DNA of 64,000 nucleotides from contig SUVA01000001.1 in NCBI GenBank assembly GCA_015062245.1, positions 12,856 to 76,855 on the forward strand. The letters are read 5' to 3'. Positions 1-10,014 of this stretch are shown piece by piece (within the stretch, counting starts at the first letter, position 1; each line of letters opens with the position of its first letter). The position numbers and the translations under genes are program-made. The notes under the pieces were generated by a model, which ran no database searches, was not told the origin of the DNA, and saw nothing but the letters and a program-made list of their open reading frames with translations. This stretch comes from Alphaproteobacteria bacterium. Its GTDB lineage: Bacteria > Pseudomonadota > Alphaproteobacteria > CAAHEQ01 > UBA3637.

Positions 1-8
1 ATACAGCC

Positions 9-716
9 TTATTTAGTCGGCTCAATAACCTCTGACTTTTGTGCCAGATTCGGATTTTGTTGAGGTTGTTTTCCCGGCTGTTGTAAATTTTGTTGAGCTG
101 GCATTGTCGGCGCCTGAACAAGAGGTTGTTGCATATTCGGCATACCCCCCATTTGATTTTGACCAAAAGCAGGTTGGAAACCACCTACACCTTGCGCTCC
201 ACCACCCAAAGATGTCAGCAACGCCATATTGATATCATCAAATAATTTGGTTTTACGTAAAACAGGATTTTGTTCCATATACCACAAAATATTCCGACCC
301 TTTTCATCTGTTTGAGTTATGTCCACATTTGCTTGTTGTAAAAGTTGAATAATATATTCATTGGGTGCATAATAAGCTGCAAACAAAATTAAAGGCACCT
401 TTTTGGGAGCATCCTCAATCGGAAAATCATCCAAAGAAACAATTTGATTGGCACGTTTTAAATCCTGCGATAATAAAGCCTGTAAAACATCCCAATTACC
501 ACGACGTATCGCCAATTGCATCAATGTACCGCCACAACGGGGCACTTCATCAAAATTGACATTTTTATTGATTAAATCTTGAATCTGAGTTGCATCACGG
601 GCATCCCGAACCAATGTTTGAAGCGGTGAATAGGCACACTCTGACTTTTGTGGCGCAGCCTGAACCGGCGCAGACATTAAAATCCCCAAAGCACATGTCA
701 ATAAAAGTTTTTTCAT
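9..716 (-). CDS. Secreted ankyrin-repeat protein with Q/P/G-rich low-complexity C-terminal tail
   Basis: Sec-type signal peptide (MKKLLLTCALGILMSAPVQA); two to three ankyrin-like repeats (GGTLMQLAIRRGNWDVLQALL, GRNILWYMEQN); C-terminal about 70 aa rich in Q, P and G. Confidence 0.55.
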   Translation of the reverse strand: MKKLLLTCALGILMSAPVQAAPQKSECAYSPLQTLVRDARDATQIQDLINKNVNFDEVPRCGGTLMQLAIRRGNWDVLQALLSQDLKRANQIVSLDDFPIEDAPKKVPLILFAAYYAPNEYIIQLLQQANVDITQTDEKGRNILWYMEQNPVLRKTKLFDDINMALLTSLGGGAQGVGGFQPAFGQNQMGGMPNMQQPLVQAPTMPAQQNLQQPGKQPQQNPNLAQKSEVIEPTK

Positions 717-737
717 CGGATAACCTCCCCCAATTTT

Positions 738-1355
738 TTAATCCTTGTATGGATTATTGAACAAAAAAATCTTTTTGTCAACTAAAATATTTTGTTTTAT
801 ATCAAAAAGTGAAACAGTGGACTTGATTCCCTGAATATCCAAAATATCCCATTGTTTCAATTCCAACGTATCTTTATCAATAATCAATGTCAATTCGCCC
901 AATTCTTTTGCGTCTTTTTTGTGGGCGGTGATATAATATTCATCCAAAACATCCTGAACATCTGTTACCACAAAACCCGCATCATCAAAAACCAACTTAT
1001 CACGCAAAATCCATTCCACCGGCGTTGAATTCAATTCAAAATAATTGACCTCTTCCAAATCTTTATCATGATAGATAAAATAACCCTTTGTGGCCACAAA
1101 TTCCAAAGGCGATCCTTTTTCATATTGAAGGCGCATTTGGCCCGGACGTGAAATATAAATCGTCCCCGTTTGCAAATCGTCCTTCATTTTAGAATTGAAT
1201 TGAGCGAACTTTGCCTGTAAAGTACGCATTTTGTTATAGGCCTTTTCCACTTTATTCAAAATCGCCCGTGTTTCGGGGGTATCTATTTTTTTATCCACCA
1301 CCGCATAGGACGGCATTGAAAAAGCCAAAAGCAAAAGTAGTAAAATTTTTTTCAT
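738..1355 (-). CDS. lolA: Outer-membrane lipoprotein carrier protein LolA
   Basis: 205 aa with signal peptide; LolA-like fold signature; located downstream of ftsK as in many proteobacteria. Confidence 0.7.
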   Translation of the reverse strand: MKKILLLLLLAFSMPSYAVVDKKIDTPETRAILNKVEKAYNKMRTLQAKFAQFNSKMKDDLQTGTIYISRPGQMRLQYEKGSPLEFVATKGYFIYHDKDLEEVNYFELNSTPVEWILRDKLVFDDAGFVVTDVQDVLDEYYITAHKKDAKELGELTLIIDKDTLELKQWDILDIQGIKSTVSLFDIKQNILVDKKIFLFNNPYKD

Positions 1356-1372
1356 TTATTTTCCTTTTTAAT

Positions 1373-2179
1373 TCATAAAAATGTTATTGTCCTCACAACA
1401 AAAGGTTCTTTCATGTCTTTTTTCCCTTTTATTACACATCCTTTATATCCAAATTCACGATTCGGACATTTAGCACATTCCTCTTTTGTTCCCACAGCAT
1501 AGTCTGTATCGCATTCAAACCACTTTACTGCATGATCGTATCTTAAACTTAATGGTTTATTTGGAGGAGATTCTCTAAATTCACAAAAACCATCTTTAAA
1601 AACACGATTAGGACATTTTTGGCAATCTCGTTCCCCTATCAACTCGCTCTCCTCATAACAATCAGAACAAACATGATTATATCCTCCATCATGTCGTTCA
1701 TAAAAAACAGAAATTTGATTGTCTGGACATTTTTTATGACAATAGAACGAATGTTTTCTTTCCCCATTTCTTACATAAGATAAGTATTTATGATATTCCG
1801 CATTCGGGCAAATTGAACAATCTTCTTTTTCTAGAACTATCAATACATTTGAATCTAAATAATCACATGAATAACAGCTACCATAACTTCCTCGTAAAGG
1901 ATTTTCTTTTGGACATTCTTTTAATACACTGTAAATATACTCGCCTTGATCATAAGAAATTCGATTGGAACAAATATCAAAATCTTTTTTATATTTTTTT
2001 TCACCCAACATAAAAAGCGGATAATCGCAACCTACACAATTTCCAAGACCATCCGCAAATGGCTTATCTGCAGGACAACGATCAGAAAAGTAGAATCTTG
2101 GAGTCCAAGAATCACCATAACAATCAGTGGATATAAAAGCGAATAAAACTATTAGAAGTAATTTTCTCATCCTATTCAC
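1373..2179 (-). CDS. Cysteine-rich secreted protein with repeated C-x2-CPN/CPD modules, unknown function
   Basis: Signal peptide; about 30 Cys in 268 aa; recurring CxKCPN/CPDNQ/CPNRxF motifs; lower GC than flanking ftsK and lolA; inserted between ftsK and lolA. Confidence 0.6.
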   Translation of the reverse strand: MNRMRKLLLIVLFAFISTDCYGDSWTPRFYFSDRCPADKPFADGLGNCVGCDYPLFMLGEKKYKKDFDICSNRISYDQGEYIYSVLKECPKENPLRGSYGSCYSCDYLDSNVLIVLEKEDCSICPNAEYHKYLSYVRNGERKHSFYCHKKCPDNQISVFYERHDGGYNHVCSDCYEESELIGERDCQKCPNRVFKDGFCEFRESPPNKPLSLRYDHAVKWFECDTDYAVGTKEECAKCPNREFGYKGCVIKGKKDMKEPFVVRTITFL

Positions 2180-4355
2180 CTTTCAAAATTTCGCGTTTGC
2201 CGGCCACATTCGGGGCGGATATAATGCCTTCTTGTTCCATTTTTTCAATCAAAGTGGCCGCTTTGTTATATCCGATGGAAAGTCGTCTTTGAATATAACT
2301 GGTGGTTGGTTTTTTATCACGCAAGACGATTGCCACCGCTTGGTCATATAAACTGTCCCCGCTGGATGCACCGCCTGAACCACCGGATTCAGCGCCCGCC
2401 ATTTGGGCCGATTCTTCCACAACGGCATCCAAATATTTGGGTTCACCCTGGGCCGTCCAATGTTTCACCACATTGGCCACATCTTCATCCGATACAAAGG
2501 GACCATGCACACGGGTCGGTTTATTACCCGCCGGCATATACAACATATCACCACGACCCAATAATTGTTCGGCACCTTGTTCATCCAAAATGGTGCGAGA
2601 GTCAATTTTGTTTCTGACCTGGAATGAAATACGGGATGGGAAGTTGGATTTAATTGTACCCGTCACCACATCCACCGAAGGACGTTGTGTGGCCAAAATC
2701 AAATGAATCCCCACCGCACGGGCCATTTGAGCCAAACGTTGAATCAACGGATCGGCCTCTTTACCGCATTGGCCCATTAAATCGGCCATTTCATCAATGA
2801 TAAAGACGATATAAGGAAGCGGTGTTAAATCAAAGGCCTGATCTTCCATAATGGGCTGACCCGTGGCCGGATCAAAACCCGTTTGCACACGCCTTTTTAA
2901 GGTTAAATTCTTTTCTTTGGCCTCACGCAGTTTTTCGTTAAAGCCTTCTATATTACGCACACCCAGTTGGCTCATATTCCGATAGCGGTCCTCCATTTCA
3001 TGAACCGCCCACTTTAACGCCATCAACGATTTACCCGGCTCCGTCACCACTGGGGTCAATAAATGTGGAATACCGTTATAAACCGACAATTCCACCATCT
3101 TGGGATCCACCATGATTAAACGACATTGTTCGGGGGTGAAACGATATAATAAGGATAAAATCATCGTATTGATACCCACGGATTTACCCGAACCCGTTGT
3201 ACCGGCCACCAATAAGTGGGGCATCTTGGCCAAATCCGCAAAAACAGGTCGCCCACCGATATTTTTACCCAACACAATCGGCAAAGCACCTTTATGATTT
3301 TTAAAGCCGTCATCTTCTATCATTTCACGGATATAGACCGTTTCACGATTTTGATTGGGCATTTCAATACCAATCACATTACTGCCCGGCACCACCGCCA
3401 TACGCACGGATACCACTTTCATTTCACGGGCCACATCATCAGCCAAAGTAATCACACGGGAAATTTTAATACCGCTGGCCGGTTCAAATTCATATAAAGT
3501 CACCACAGGCCCTGGGCGCGCCCCCACAACTTGCCCCTGCACTTTAAATTGCATTAAAACACTTTCCAAGGAACGGGAAATCTGATTCATCTGATCCTTG
3601 CTTAAATGCACAGCCGAAGATTCTTTCACGGGCGCCAACAAATCCGAAGACGGCAATTGCAAACCAGATGCCGGTTTTGGCACCAAAGTTTGGGGTGTTT
3701 TTTTAACCGCTTTAATTTTGGATTTCGGGGCCGACTTTTTAATTTTTTCAACCTGATGATGAATACGTAATTTTTTAAATAAAACAGAAATTTTCGCCGG
3801 CAATCTGATTCCTGTTTTATGCAATAACCACCAACAACTTTTTCCCGTGGCACGGCTGATTTTTGCAAAAGGAATTTTTAATGCCCAAACAAATAAAGCC
3901 ATATCCAATGCCACCCATAAAATCATCCAATAGCCTTTGGGAATCATCCACCATCTGTTTAAATAACGACCGATAAAACCACCAACGCCGGCCTTGAACC
4001 AAGAACGGGCTGTTTCATATTGAAAATCGCCCAACAGCCACAGCGTCCACACAAAACCCAAACCCACCAAAAACAAACGCAATTTCAACCAAGCAACCTG
4101 ACGCCATAAAAAGAGGGCAAAAATCAAACAGACAATCGGAAAAACAAAAGCCATTACCCCCAACATTTGCAATAAAATATCCGCTGTCCATGCCCCGATT
4201 GGTCCCAAATAATTTTGCATATTATCGCTGGATGTATTCCATGAATTATCATGCGCATGATAACCCGCCAAAGCGATTATCACCAAAGCGGATATCATTA
4301 TCCAAAAAACAGAACGAACTTTCGGATGCGACCAAAAACGTTTAAACATCTTCAT
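2172..4355 (-). CDS. ftsK: DNA translocase FtsK
   Basis: N-terminal multi-TM region, P/S-rich linker, FtsK motor domain with Walker A (GTTGSGKSV) and C-terminal gamma winged-helix domain. Confidence 0.9.
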   Translation of the reverse strand: MKMFKRFWSHPKVRSVFWIMISALVIIALAGYHAHDNSWNTSSDNMQNYLGPIGAWTADILLQMLGVMAFVFPIVCLIFALFLWRQVAWLKLRLFLVGLGFVWTLWLLGDFQYETARSWFKAGVGGFIGRYLNRWWMIPKGYWMILWVALDMALFVWALKIPFAKISRATGKSCWWLLHKTGIRLPAKISVLFKKLRIHHQVEKIKKSAPKSKIKAVKKTPQTLVPKPASGLQLPSSDLLAPVKESSAVHLSKDQMNQISRSLESVLMQFKVQGQVVGARPGPVVTLYEFEPASGIKISRVITLADDVAREMKVVSVRMAVVPGSNVIGIEMPNQNRETVYIREMIEDDGFKNHKGALPIVLGKNIGGRPVFADLAKMPHLLVAGTTGSGKSVGINTMILSLLYRFTPEQCRLIMVDPKMVELSVYNGIPHLLTPVVTEPGKSLMALKWAVHEMEDRYRNMSQLGVRNIEGFNEKLREAKEKNLTLKRRVQTGFDPATGQPIMEDQAFDLTPLPYIVFIIDEMADLMGQCGKEADPLIQRLAQMARAVGIHLILATQRPSVDVVTGTIKSNFPSRISFQVRNKIDSRTILDEQGAEQLLGRGDMLYMPAGNKPTRVHGPFVSDEDVANVVKHWTAQGEPKYLDAVVEESAQMAGAESGGSGGASSGDSLYDQAVAIVLRDKKPTTSYIQRRLSIGYNKAATLIEKMEQEGIISAPNVAGKREILKGE

Positions 4356-4992
4356 CTCCCCTTAATTCTTGAATCACCTGTTTTAGAAACGGTACGGTAA
4401 TTTTACGGCCTGCTTCCAATGACAATTTATCCGCCCGCTCTATCACCTGTTGCAACAACGAAAAAGAACGTGTCAAATGCATGGACAGGTAATCCAACAC
4501 CGTATCATCCACCAAAATATGACGGTCCTTAAAGGCTTTACCGGCCACCGCCCGAATCACACTTTCATCCGGCATCATAATTTCGGCCTTGGAAATCATA
4601 TTTAATCTGGATTGCAAATCCGGTAATGTAAAGTTGGGAATTTCACGGGATGTCAACAATAAATCCCCACCCATTTCCGATACAAAGTTAAATAAGTGCA
4701 ACAGGGCTTCTTCATCATTCAATTCGTGTAAATTTTCAACCACCATCTTTTTTTGAAAAGTCGGTCTGAAATTGGCGTCCAAATCTTTGGCCTGAATCAA
4801 AGTATCACAAAACAAACTGGCCAAATGGGTTTTGCCCGAACCGGCCGGACCATAAATCAACAAAGCATGTGCCGGCCAATTGGGATAACGATCAATCCAG
4901 GTAATCGCCTCTTGATTACAGGGGGCCACCCAAAATTTTTCACGTCCATAAGCTGCCCGATGGGGCAAATCAAATACCAACTGTTCGGTCAT
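4342..4992 (-). CDS. hdaA: DnaA regulatory inactivator HdaA
   Basis: 216-aa DnaA-like AAA+ fragment (GPAGSGKTHL) without DNA-binding domain; overlaps ftsK by 14 nt. Confidence 0.7.
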   Translation of the reverse strand: MTEQLVFDLPHRAAYGREKFWVAPCNQEAITWIDRYPNWPAHALLIYGPAGSGKTHLASLFCDTLIQAKDLDANFRPTFQKKMVVENLHELNDEEALLHLFNFVSEMGGDLLLTSREIPNFTLPDLQSRLNMISKAEIMMPDESVIRAVAGKAFKDRHILVDDTVLDYLSMHLTRSFSLLQQVIERADKLSLEAGRKITVPFLKQVIQELRGDEDV

Positions 4993-6038
4993 TTTTCCCC
5001 TTGATAAAAACGTGTTGTTTTATAAAAGGCATATAAATGGCGCACAACCACTCCGATAACCGCCGCCATCGGCACTGCCACCAATACACCTAAAAATCCG
5101 AATAATGCACCGCCGGCCAATAACGCAAACAAAATCCACAACGGATGTAAACCAACACGGCGACCCACCAAATTCGGGGTTAAAATATACCCTTCCAAAA
5201 TGTTTCCGACAATAAAGACGGCCAACACCCACAACACCAAATTCCACCCCATTGTTTGAACAATGGCCAAAATGACCGAAACAACCAATCCAATTAAAAA
5301 ACCAACGTAAGGAATAAAGGACAAAATACCCGTTGTAATACCGATAACAGCGCCCAAATCCAAACCCAAAATACTTAAAGCCACAGAATAATAAAGCGCC
5401 AACAACAAACACACACAGGCCTGACCACGCAAAAAACCGGACAAGGTTTTATCCAATTCTTTTACAAAAGATTGAATTTTTTCACGATGGGGATTCGGCA
5501 AAGCCTCTTGACATTTCTTTTTCATTTTCGGTAAATCCTTTAATAAATAAAACAAAATAATCGGGCTGATAAACAACAACGCCAACACATTGACAACCGC
5601 TAAACCACCCGAAACAAGCTGATTTAACCCAACGCCCAATGTTTTTAAAACGCTGATCATTGTTTGGGTTGTAATTTCGGACAAGCGGTCAATTTGTTGA
5701 TAAGATATTTCGGGTTTTGCCCACAAAACAAACTTTTTTAAATAGCCGACAAAATTATCCGCCATCAACGGCACACGGCCGATAAAGTTTGAAATCTGGC
5801 TTTGCAAAACAGGTATCAATAAAAACACCAACAAAACGCAAAACACCACCAACAAAGTAATCATTAAACCCGAAGCAAAACTGCGACCGATTCTTTTTCC
5901 CAACCACGTAACAGACGGATTCATTAAATACGCAAAAACAAATGCCAAAACAAACGGCAATAAAACCCCCTGAATCGCATTTAAAAAGCACAATAATGCC
6001 ACAACACCAACTGTGGGTAAAATCCATTTTTTATTCAT
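4989..6038 (-). CDS. AI-2E family (PerM/YdiK-like) transporter
   Basis: 349-aa polytopic membrane protein with UPF0118/AI-2E-type topology; 4-nt overlap with hdaA. Confidence 0.75.
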   Translation of the reverse strand: MNKKWILPTVGVVALLCFLNAIQGVLLPFVLAFVFAYLMNPSVTWLGKRIGRSFASGLMITLLVVFCVLLVFLLIPVLQSQISNFIGRVPLMADNFVGYLKKFVLWAKPEISYQQIDRLSEITTQTMISVLKTLGVGLNQLVSGGLAVVNVLALLFISPIILFYLLKDLPKMKKKCQEALPNPHREKIQSFVKELDKTLSGFLRGQACVCLLLALYYSVALSILGLDLGAVIGITTGILSFIPYVGFLIGLVVSVILAIVQTMGWNLVLWVLAVFIVGNILEGYILTPNLVGRRVGLHPLWILFALLAGGALFGFLGVLVAVPMAAVIGVVVRHLYAFYKTTRFYQGEK

Positions 6039-7092
6039 AATACACCTCTTTTCTGGTTAAAGTTCCACCCGGTCCGGTTAAATCAGATTGCCATGTCCAA
6101 CCGGCTTTATCCCAATTTTCGGATAATTCTTGGGCTGTACCGATAAATGAAAACGAAAGCAAAATCTGATCCTGATAGGCCCCACGAAGCGTTAAATCTT
6201 TCAAAAATTCCAACTGTCTGAATTTTTTTTCATCCCGTGCCCACATGGCCAAAGATGATTCGGATAAACGGGCATAATAGGTATTGTCTTTTAATTCAAC
6301 GCTGTCGGCCTGACGCCAATTTTGTTCCATTTTATCCAACATTTGTTGCCACGCTTCATCCAAAGAAAGCGTGCTGTACCAATCGTCCACATCCACATTT
6401 TGATGGATAATTTTTTCATCCGGCACAACCGTTGTGGTTAAACGCCAATTCGCCTCAGTTTTGGGATTGGCAAAAACAATTAAAAGCCGATCAACCCCAT
6501 AGCGATTGGCCAAAGGCATTAAAGTTTGATATTGACCGCTTTGAAGTGCTTGATGCACCGCAACCATTTCATCCACATCCCCAACGGGCAAGACCATCTG
6601 ATAAAAATCAGACAAAATATCCTTTTGGCGTAAATATTGATAAAAAACATTATCGTCTTCCACGCCCAACATACGATTGCCGGCCATCATCACAGGAATC
6701 ACCAAATACTTGGGCGGTTCTGTTTTTAAAAAATCCTGATTATGGTTGGTTAAAAAATCCTGAACGTTCTTTTCGTTAAAATGCACATTGATTTCGGCCC
6801 AATAACTTTGTGCGGTGTTTTTTTCATTTTGAATGGAAATATCACGCACCTGATTGACAATATCCTGAATGGGCAAATCGGCCACAAAAAAATATTTATC
6901 CTGCCCCAACAACTTACGCATAACTTTTGCAAAGGCCGTTCTTTGACCTTGTTCCAAAGCCATTTGTTTGGCCTGAACCGGATTATCGGCATCAGCCTGA
7001 ACCGCAATATCGGTAGCATAGTACATATCCGCATGCACCGGAAAAGCACAAACTGACATTAAAAATATACCGCTTAAAAATTTTTTTATCAT
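6031..7092 (-). CDS. Secreted hypothetical protein
   Basis: Start placed at the in-frame ATG at 7092 (MIKKFLSGIFLMSVCAFPVHA signal peptide), not at the track start 7233; overlaps the downstream transporter start by 8 nt. Confidence 0.5.
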   Translation of the reverse strand: MIKKFLSGIFLMSVCAFPVHADMYYATDIAVQADADNPVQAKQMALEQGQRTAFAKVMRKLLGQDKYFFVADLPIQDIVNQVRDISIQNEKNTAQSYWAEINVHFNEKNVQDFLTNHNQDFLKTEPPKYLVIPVMMAGNRMLGVEDDNVFYQYLRQKDILSDFYQMVLPVGDVDEMVAVHQALQSGQYQTLMPLANRYGVDRLLIVFANPKTEANWRLTTTVVPDEKIIHQNVDVDDWYSTLSLDEAWQQMLDKMEQNWRQADSVELKDNTYYARLSESSLAMWARDEKKFRQLEFLKDLTLRGAYQDQILLSFSFIGTAQELSENWDKAGWTWQSDLTGPGGTLTRKEVYYE

Positions 7093-7174
7093 TTTTTTGT
7101 TGCCCTTTTTACTGAATATGTGTATTTTAGCATAAAATTTTGTTAAAACGCAACTGAAAAAAGGAGAAAAAATC

Positions 7175-7528
7175 ATGTATGATGCAAATAATGTTTTTGC
7201 CAAAATTTTACGTGGAGAAATTCCATGCAACAAAATCTATGAAGATGAAAAGGTTTTAGCCTTTTACGACATCAATCCAAAGGCCAAAATTCACGCTTTG
7301 GTCATCACCAAAGGAATGTATGCAAATTTTCAGGATTTTTTGGAACATTCATCCGATAAAGAAATCACCGATTTTTTCCGTGCCATTGTGCATGTCGTCA
7401 ATATATTGGGATTAAAAGAAGACGGTTATCGCATTGTGATGAATACGGGCAAAAATTCAGGACAGGAAGTCCCCCACTTGCACGCCCATATTTTGGGTGG
7501 CGAAGTATTGCCGACCGACAGTTTATAA
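7175..7528 (+). CDS. HIT-family (histidine triad) nucleotide-binding protein
   Basis: HxHxHxx motif (PHLHAHILGGE); RBS AAAGGAGAA 7 nt upstream. Confidence 0.85.
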   Translation: MYDANNVFAKILRGEIPCNKIYEDEKVLAFYDINPKAKIHALVITKGMYANFQDFLEHSSDKEITDFFRAIVHVVNILGLKEDGYRIVMNTGKNSGQEVPHLHAHILGGEVLPTDSL

Positions 7529-7543
7529 AAAATTAAATTTAAA

Positions 7544-7573
7544 AAGACGCCCGATTCAAGGCGTCTTTTTTTT
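7544..7573. terminator. Bidirectional rho-independent terminator between HIT gene and nagZ
   Basis: Hairpin AAGACGCC-8 nt loop-GGCGTCTT followed by a T-run and preceded by an A-run. Confidence 0.6.
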
Positions 7574-7612
7574 ATTTGTTTTTGGCCCAATCTTCCATAT
7601 AATCAAGACCTT

Positions 7613-8707
7613 TTATCTGGACTTGATTACCTTGCGCAAATTGGCCCAATTTTCCGTACAATCTGGACCATTTGTTTGGGCTTGATTACTCTGCACTAAA
7701 TCGTTATAACGCCCCGCCAAAAACGATATATCTTTTGCCTGATACGGTTGTTTGATAACCTGAACCACCTTTTGCAAACGCTCATACGTTTTATCCGAAA
7801 TTACAGGACACGCCTTTAAAACCGAAATATTTTCTGCCACCATTTCGGGATTATTTTGATCATGGCCCGAACAATAACAAACAACATCACAACCGGCATC
7901 CAAACTGGCCCGAGCTCTTTCAACCAAAGAACCGGATAAAGCCTTCATTTCAATAGCATCGGTTATCAATAAACCGTCAAAGCCGATTTCGTTTCGGATA
8001 AAATCTATCCCTTTTTTGGATTGCGTTATCGGTTTATCATCAATCATCGGCAACACAACATGGGCCGTCATCCCAAAGGGCACAAAATTGGCCATTTGTT
8101 GAAAGGGTAAAAAATCCCTTTGAATCAAATCCATCGGCGCATCAATAACCGGCAAACCGATATGCGAATCCGTATTGGCCAAACCATGCCCCGGTAAATG
8201 TTTGATGCACGGACAAATACCGTTTTCCATATAAGTTTTAGCCAATAAAGAAGCATATTTTCCCACCACAGATGAATCCGTTGAAAAACAACGTGAAGCA
8301 ATCGCCCCTGTTGTATCGGGATGTAAAGTATCAGACACCGGTGAAAAATTGACATTGATTCCCATAGATTGTAAATCATCAGAAATTAAATCAGCGTGCA
8401 ATTTTATCGCCTCTTGTGCCAAAGGCTCATCCAATAATCCCAATTGTTGTTGACTGACATATTCACGCCAATGGGGCGGACGCATACGACGTACCAATCC
8501 GCCTTCTTGATCAATGGCAATTAAAAAATCGTCCCGTCCAACCGCTGTTTTAATATCATCGGTCAGTTTTTTTAATTGTTGCGGATTATCTATATTGCGT
8601 TTGAACAAAGTCAAACCCATCGGATTGTATGTGCGCAAAAAATCCGCCTCATCTTTTTGTAATTCAAAACCTTTTAAACAAACAAAAGCTGATTTAATCC
8701 CCATCAT
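7613..8707 (-). CDS. nagZ: Beta-N-acetylhexosaminidase NagZ (GH3)
   Basis: GH3 N-terminal domain motifs (IDQEGG, KHLPGHG). Confidence 0.8.
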   Translation of the reverse strand: MMGIKSAFVCLKGFELQKDEADFLRTYNPMGLTLFKRNIDNPQQLKKLTDDIKTAVGRDDFLIAIDQEGGLVRRMRPPHWREYVSQQQLGLLDEPLAQEAIKLHADLISDDLQSMGINVNFSPVSDTLHPDTTGAIASRCFSTDSSVVGKYASLLAKTYMENGICPCIKHLPGHGLANTDSHIGLPVIDAPMDLIQRDFLPFQQMANFVPFGMTAHVVLPMIDDKPITQSKKGIDFIRNEIGFDGLLITDAIEMKALSGSLVERARASLDAGCDVVCYCSGHDQNNPEMVAENISVLKACPVISDKTYERLQKVVQVIKQPYQAKDISFLAGRYNDLVQSNQAQTNGPDCTENWANLRKVIKSR

Positions 8708-8715
8708 AAAACTCC

Positions 8716-10014
8716 TTATCCCAAAAATTGACGAACGATAGCAACCACATCCGATACAGGCACAAACACCTGTTCTTTATTGGTCAGATTTTTAACCATC
8801 ACAACACCTTGATTGAGTTCGTTTTCACCGATATAGACGGCCACCTTTGCCCCACGTTTATCGGCACGGCCCAAAAATTTACCCGGGGCAGATGATTTAA
8901 AATCATAATCCAAGGTATAGGTCGTTTCATCCAAGCCGGCCACCAATTTTAACAATGTTGCATGCGCCTGATCACCAAAACCACCCAGCGCCACATCAAC
9001 GCCTTCGGCCTTTTCGGGGATACCGAATTTATCTTTGTATAATTCTTCCACCACAACATCACCAAAGCCCAAACCAACGGCCGAACAAGCTTTACCCGTC
9101 AAACGTTCAAACAAATGATTATAACGACCGCCACCAAAGATGGCACGGAACTTGCCCTTGGTATCAAAGCATTCAAAGACAATGCCTGTATAATAGGCCA
9201 AACCACGCACAATGGCTGTGTCAATATCCACATAATCGGTTAAATCCAAGGCCTGACAATAATCCCAAAATTGTTTTAAATCCTTCAATCCCTGACAATC
9301 CGCCGGCACAAAAGTTTCAATTGTTTGTAAATCTTTGGACAACATAAAGGCATTTATGCGTTCAATTTGAGCCTCATTGATGCCGATTTCTTTTAACATT
9401 TCGGTAAAAACTTCAGCGGGGACTTTTTCTTTTTTATCCATCACCCCCATCACAGCCAACGCATTTTCGCCCGTAATTTGCAAAGTATTTAAAAAATCAG
9501 CAACCAACACACGGTTGTTCACACGCACACGAAATTCGCCCTTTTCAAAGCCCAATCGTTTCATGGCCAAGACAGCCGTTTGAATCAAATAAGCCTCGCA
9601 AATAACACTGTCTTCCCCGACAATATCTATGTTCCATTGAAAGTGTTCACGCTTGCGTCCCAAAGAGGCACGTTCATAGCGAAAACATTGACCGATGGAA
9701 TAAACTTTACCCGTAGATGGGAAAGCTTCACGATTGCCCGAAACGATACGCACCATAGACGGTGTAATTTCGGGACGCAACGCAATGGCACGACCGGATT
9801 TATCTTCGAAATTGTAAATTTGGTCCGAAATTTCTTCACCGGCTTTACGTTCCAATAACGAAAGCGATTCCACAATCGGTGTTTCATAACGCACAAAGCC
9901 GTTTTGTTCGGCCGTTTCAGACCACACCTGCATCAATTTTTTACGAAAAATCCAATCTTTCGGTAAAAAATCACGCATACCACGCAACGGTTGAGTTTCA
10001 ATACAGTCTTTCAT
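8716..10014 (-). CDS. hisS: Histidine--tRNA ligase
   Basis: Class II aaRS motifs and HisS anticodon-binding domain. Start is probably the ATG at 10014 (MKDCIETQPLRGMRDF), which overlaps the stop of the upstream small ORF as TAATG; the track start is 10047. Confidence 0.9.
   Translation of the reverse strand: MKDCIETQPLRGMRDFLPKDWIFRKKLMQVWSETAEQNGFVRYETPIVESLSLLERKAGEEISDQIYNFEDKSGRAIALRPEITPSMVRIVSGNREAFPSTGKVYSIGQCFRYERASLGRKREHFQWNIDIVGEDSVICEAYLIQTAVLAMKRLGFEKGEFRVRVNNRVLVADFLNTLQITGENALAVMGVMDKKEKVPAEVFTEMLKEIGINEAQIERINAFMLSKDLQTIETFVPADCQGLKDLKQFWDYCQALDLTDYVDIDTAIVRGLAYYTGIVFECFDTKGKFRAIFGGGRYNHLFERLTGKACSAVGLGFGDVVVEELYKDKFGIPEKAEGVDVALGGFGDQAHATLLKLVAGLDETTYTLDYDFKSSAPGKFLGRADKRGAKVAVYIGENELNQGVVMVKNLTNKEQVFVPVSDVVAIVRQFLG

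Noticed and set aside
2302-2706. 134-aa and 103-aa plus-strand ORFs
   Set aside because: Antisense to the ftsK C-terminal domain.
5020-6027. Same-strand alternative-frame ORFs (130 and 90 aa) inside the AI-2E transporter gene
   Set aside because: Low-complexity G/F/C-rich translations embedded in a well-supported membrane-protein frame.
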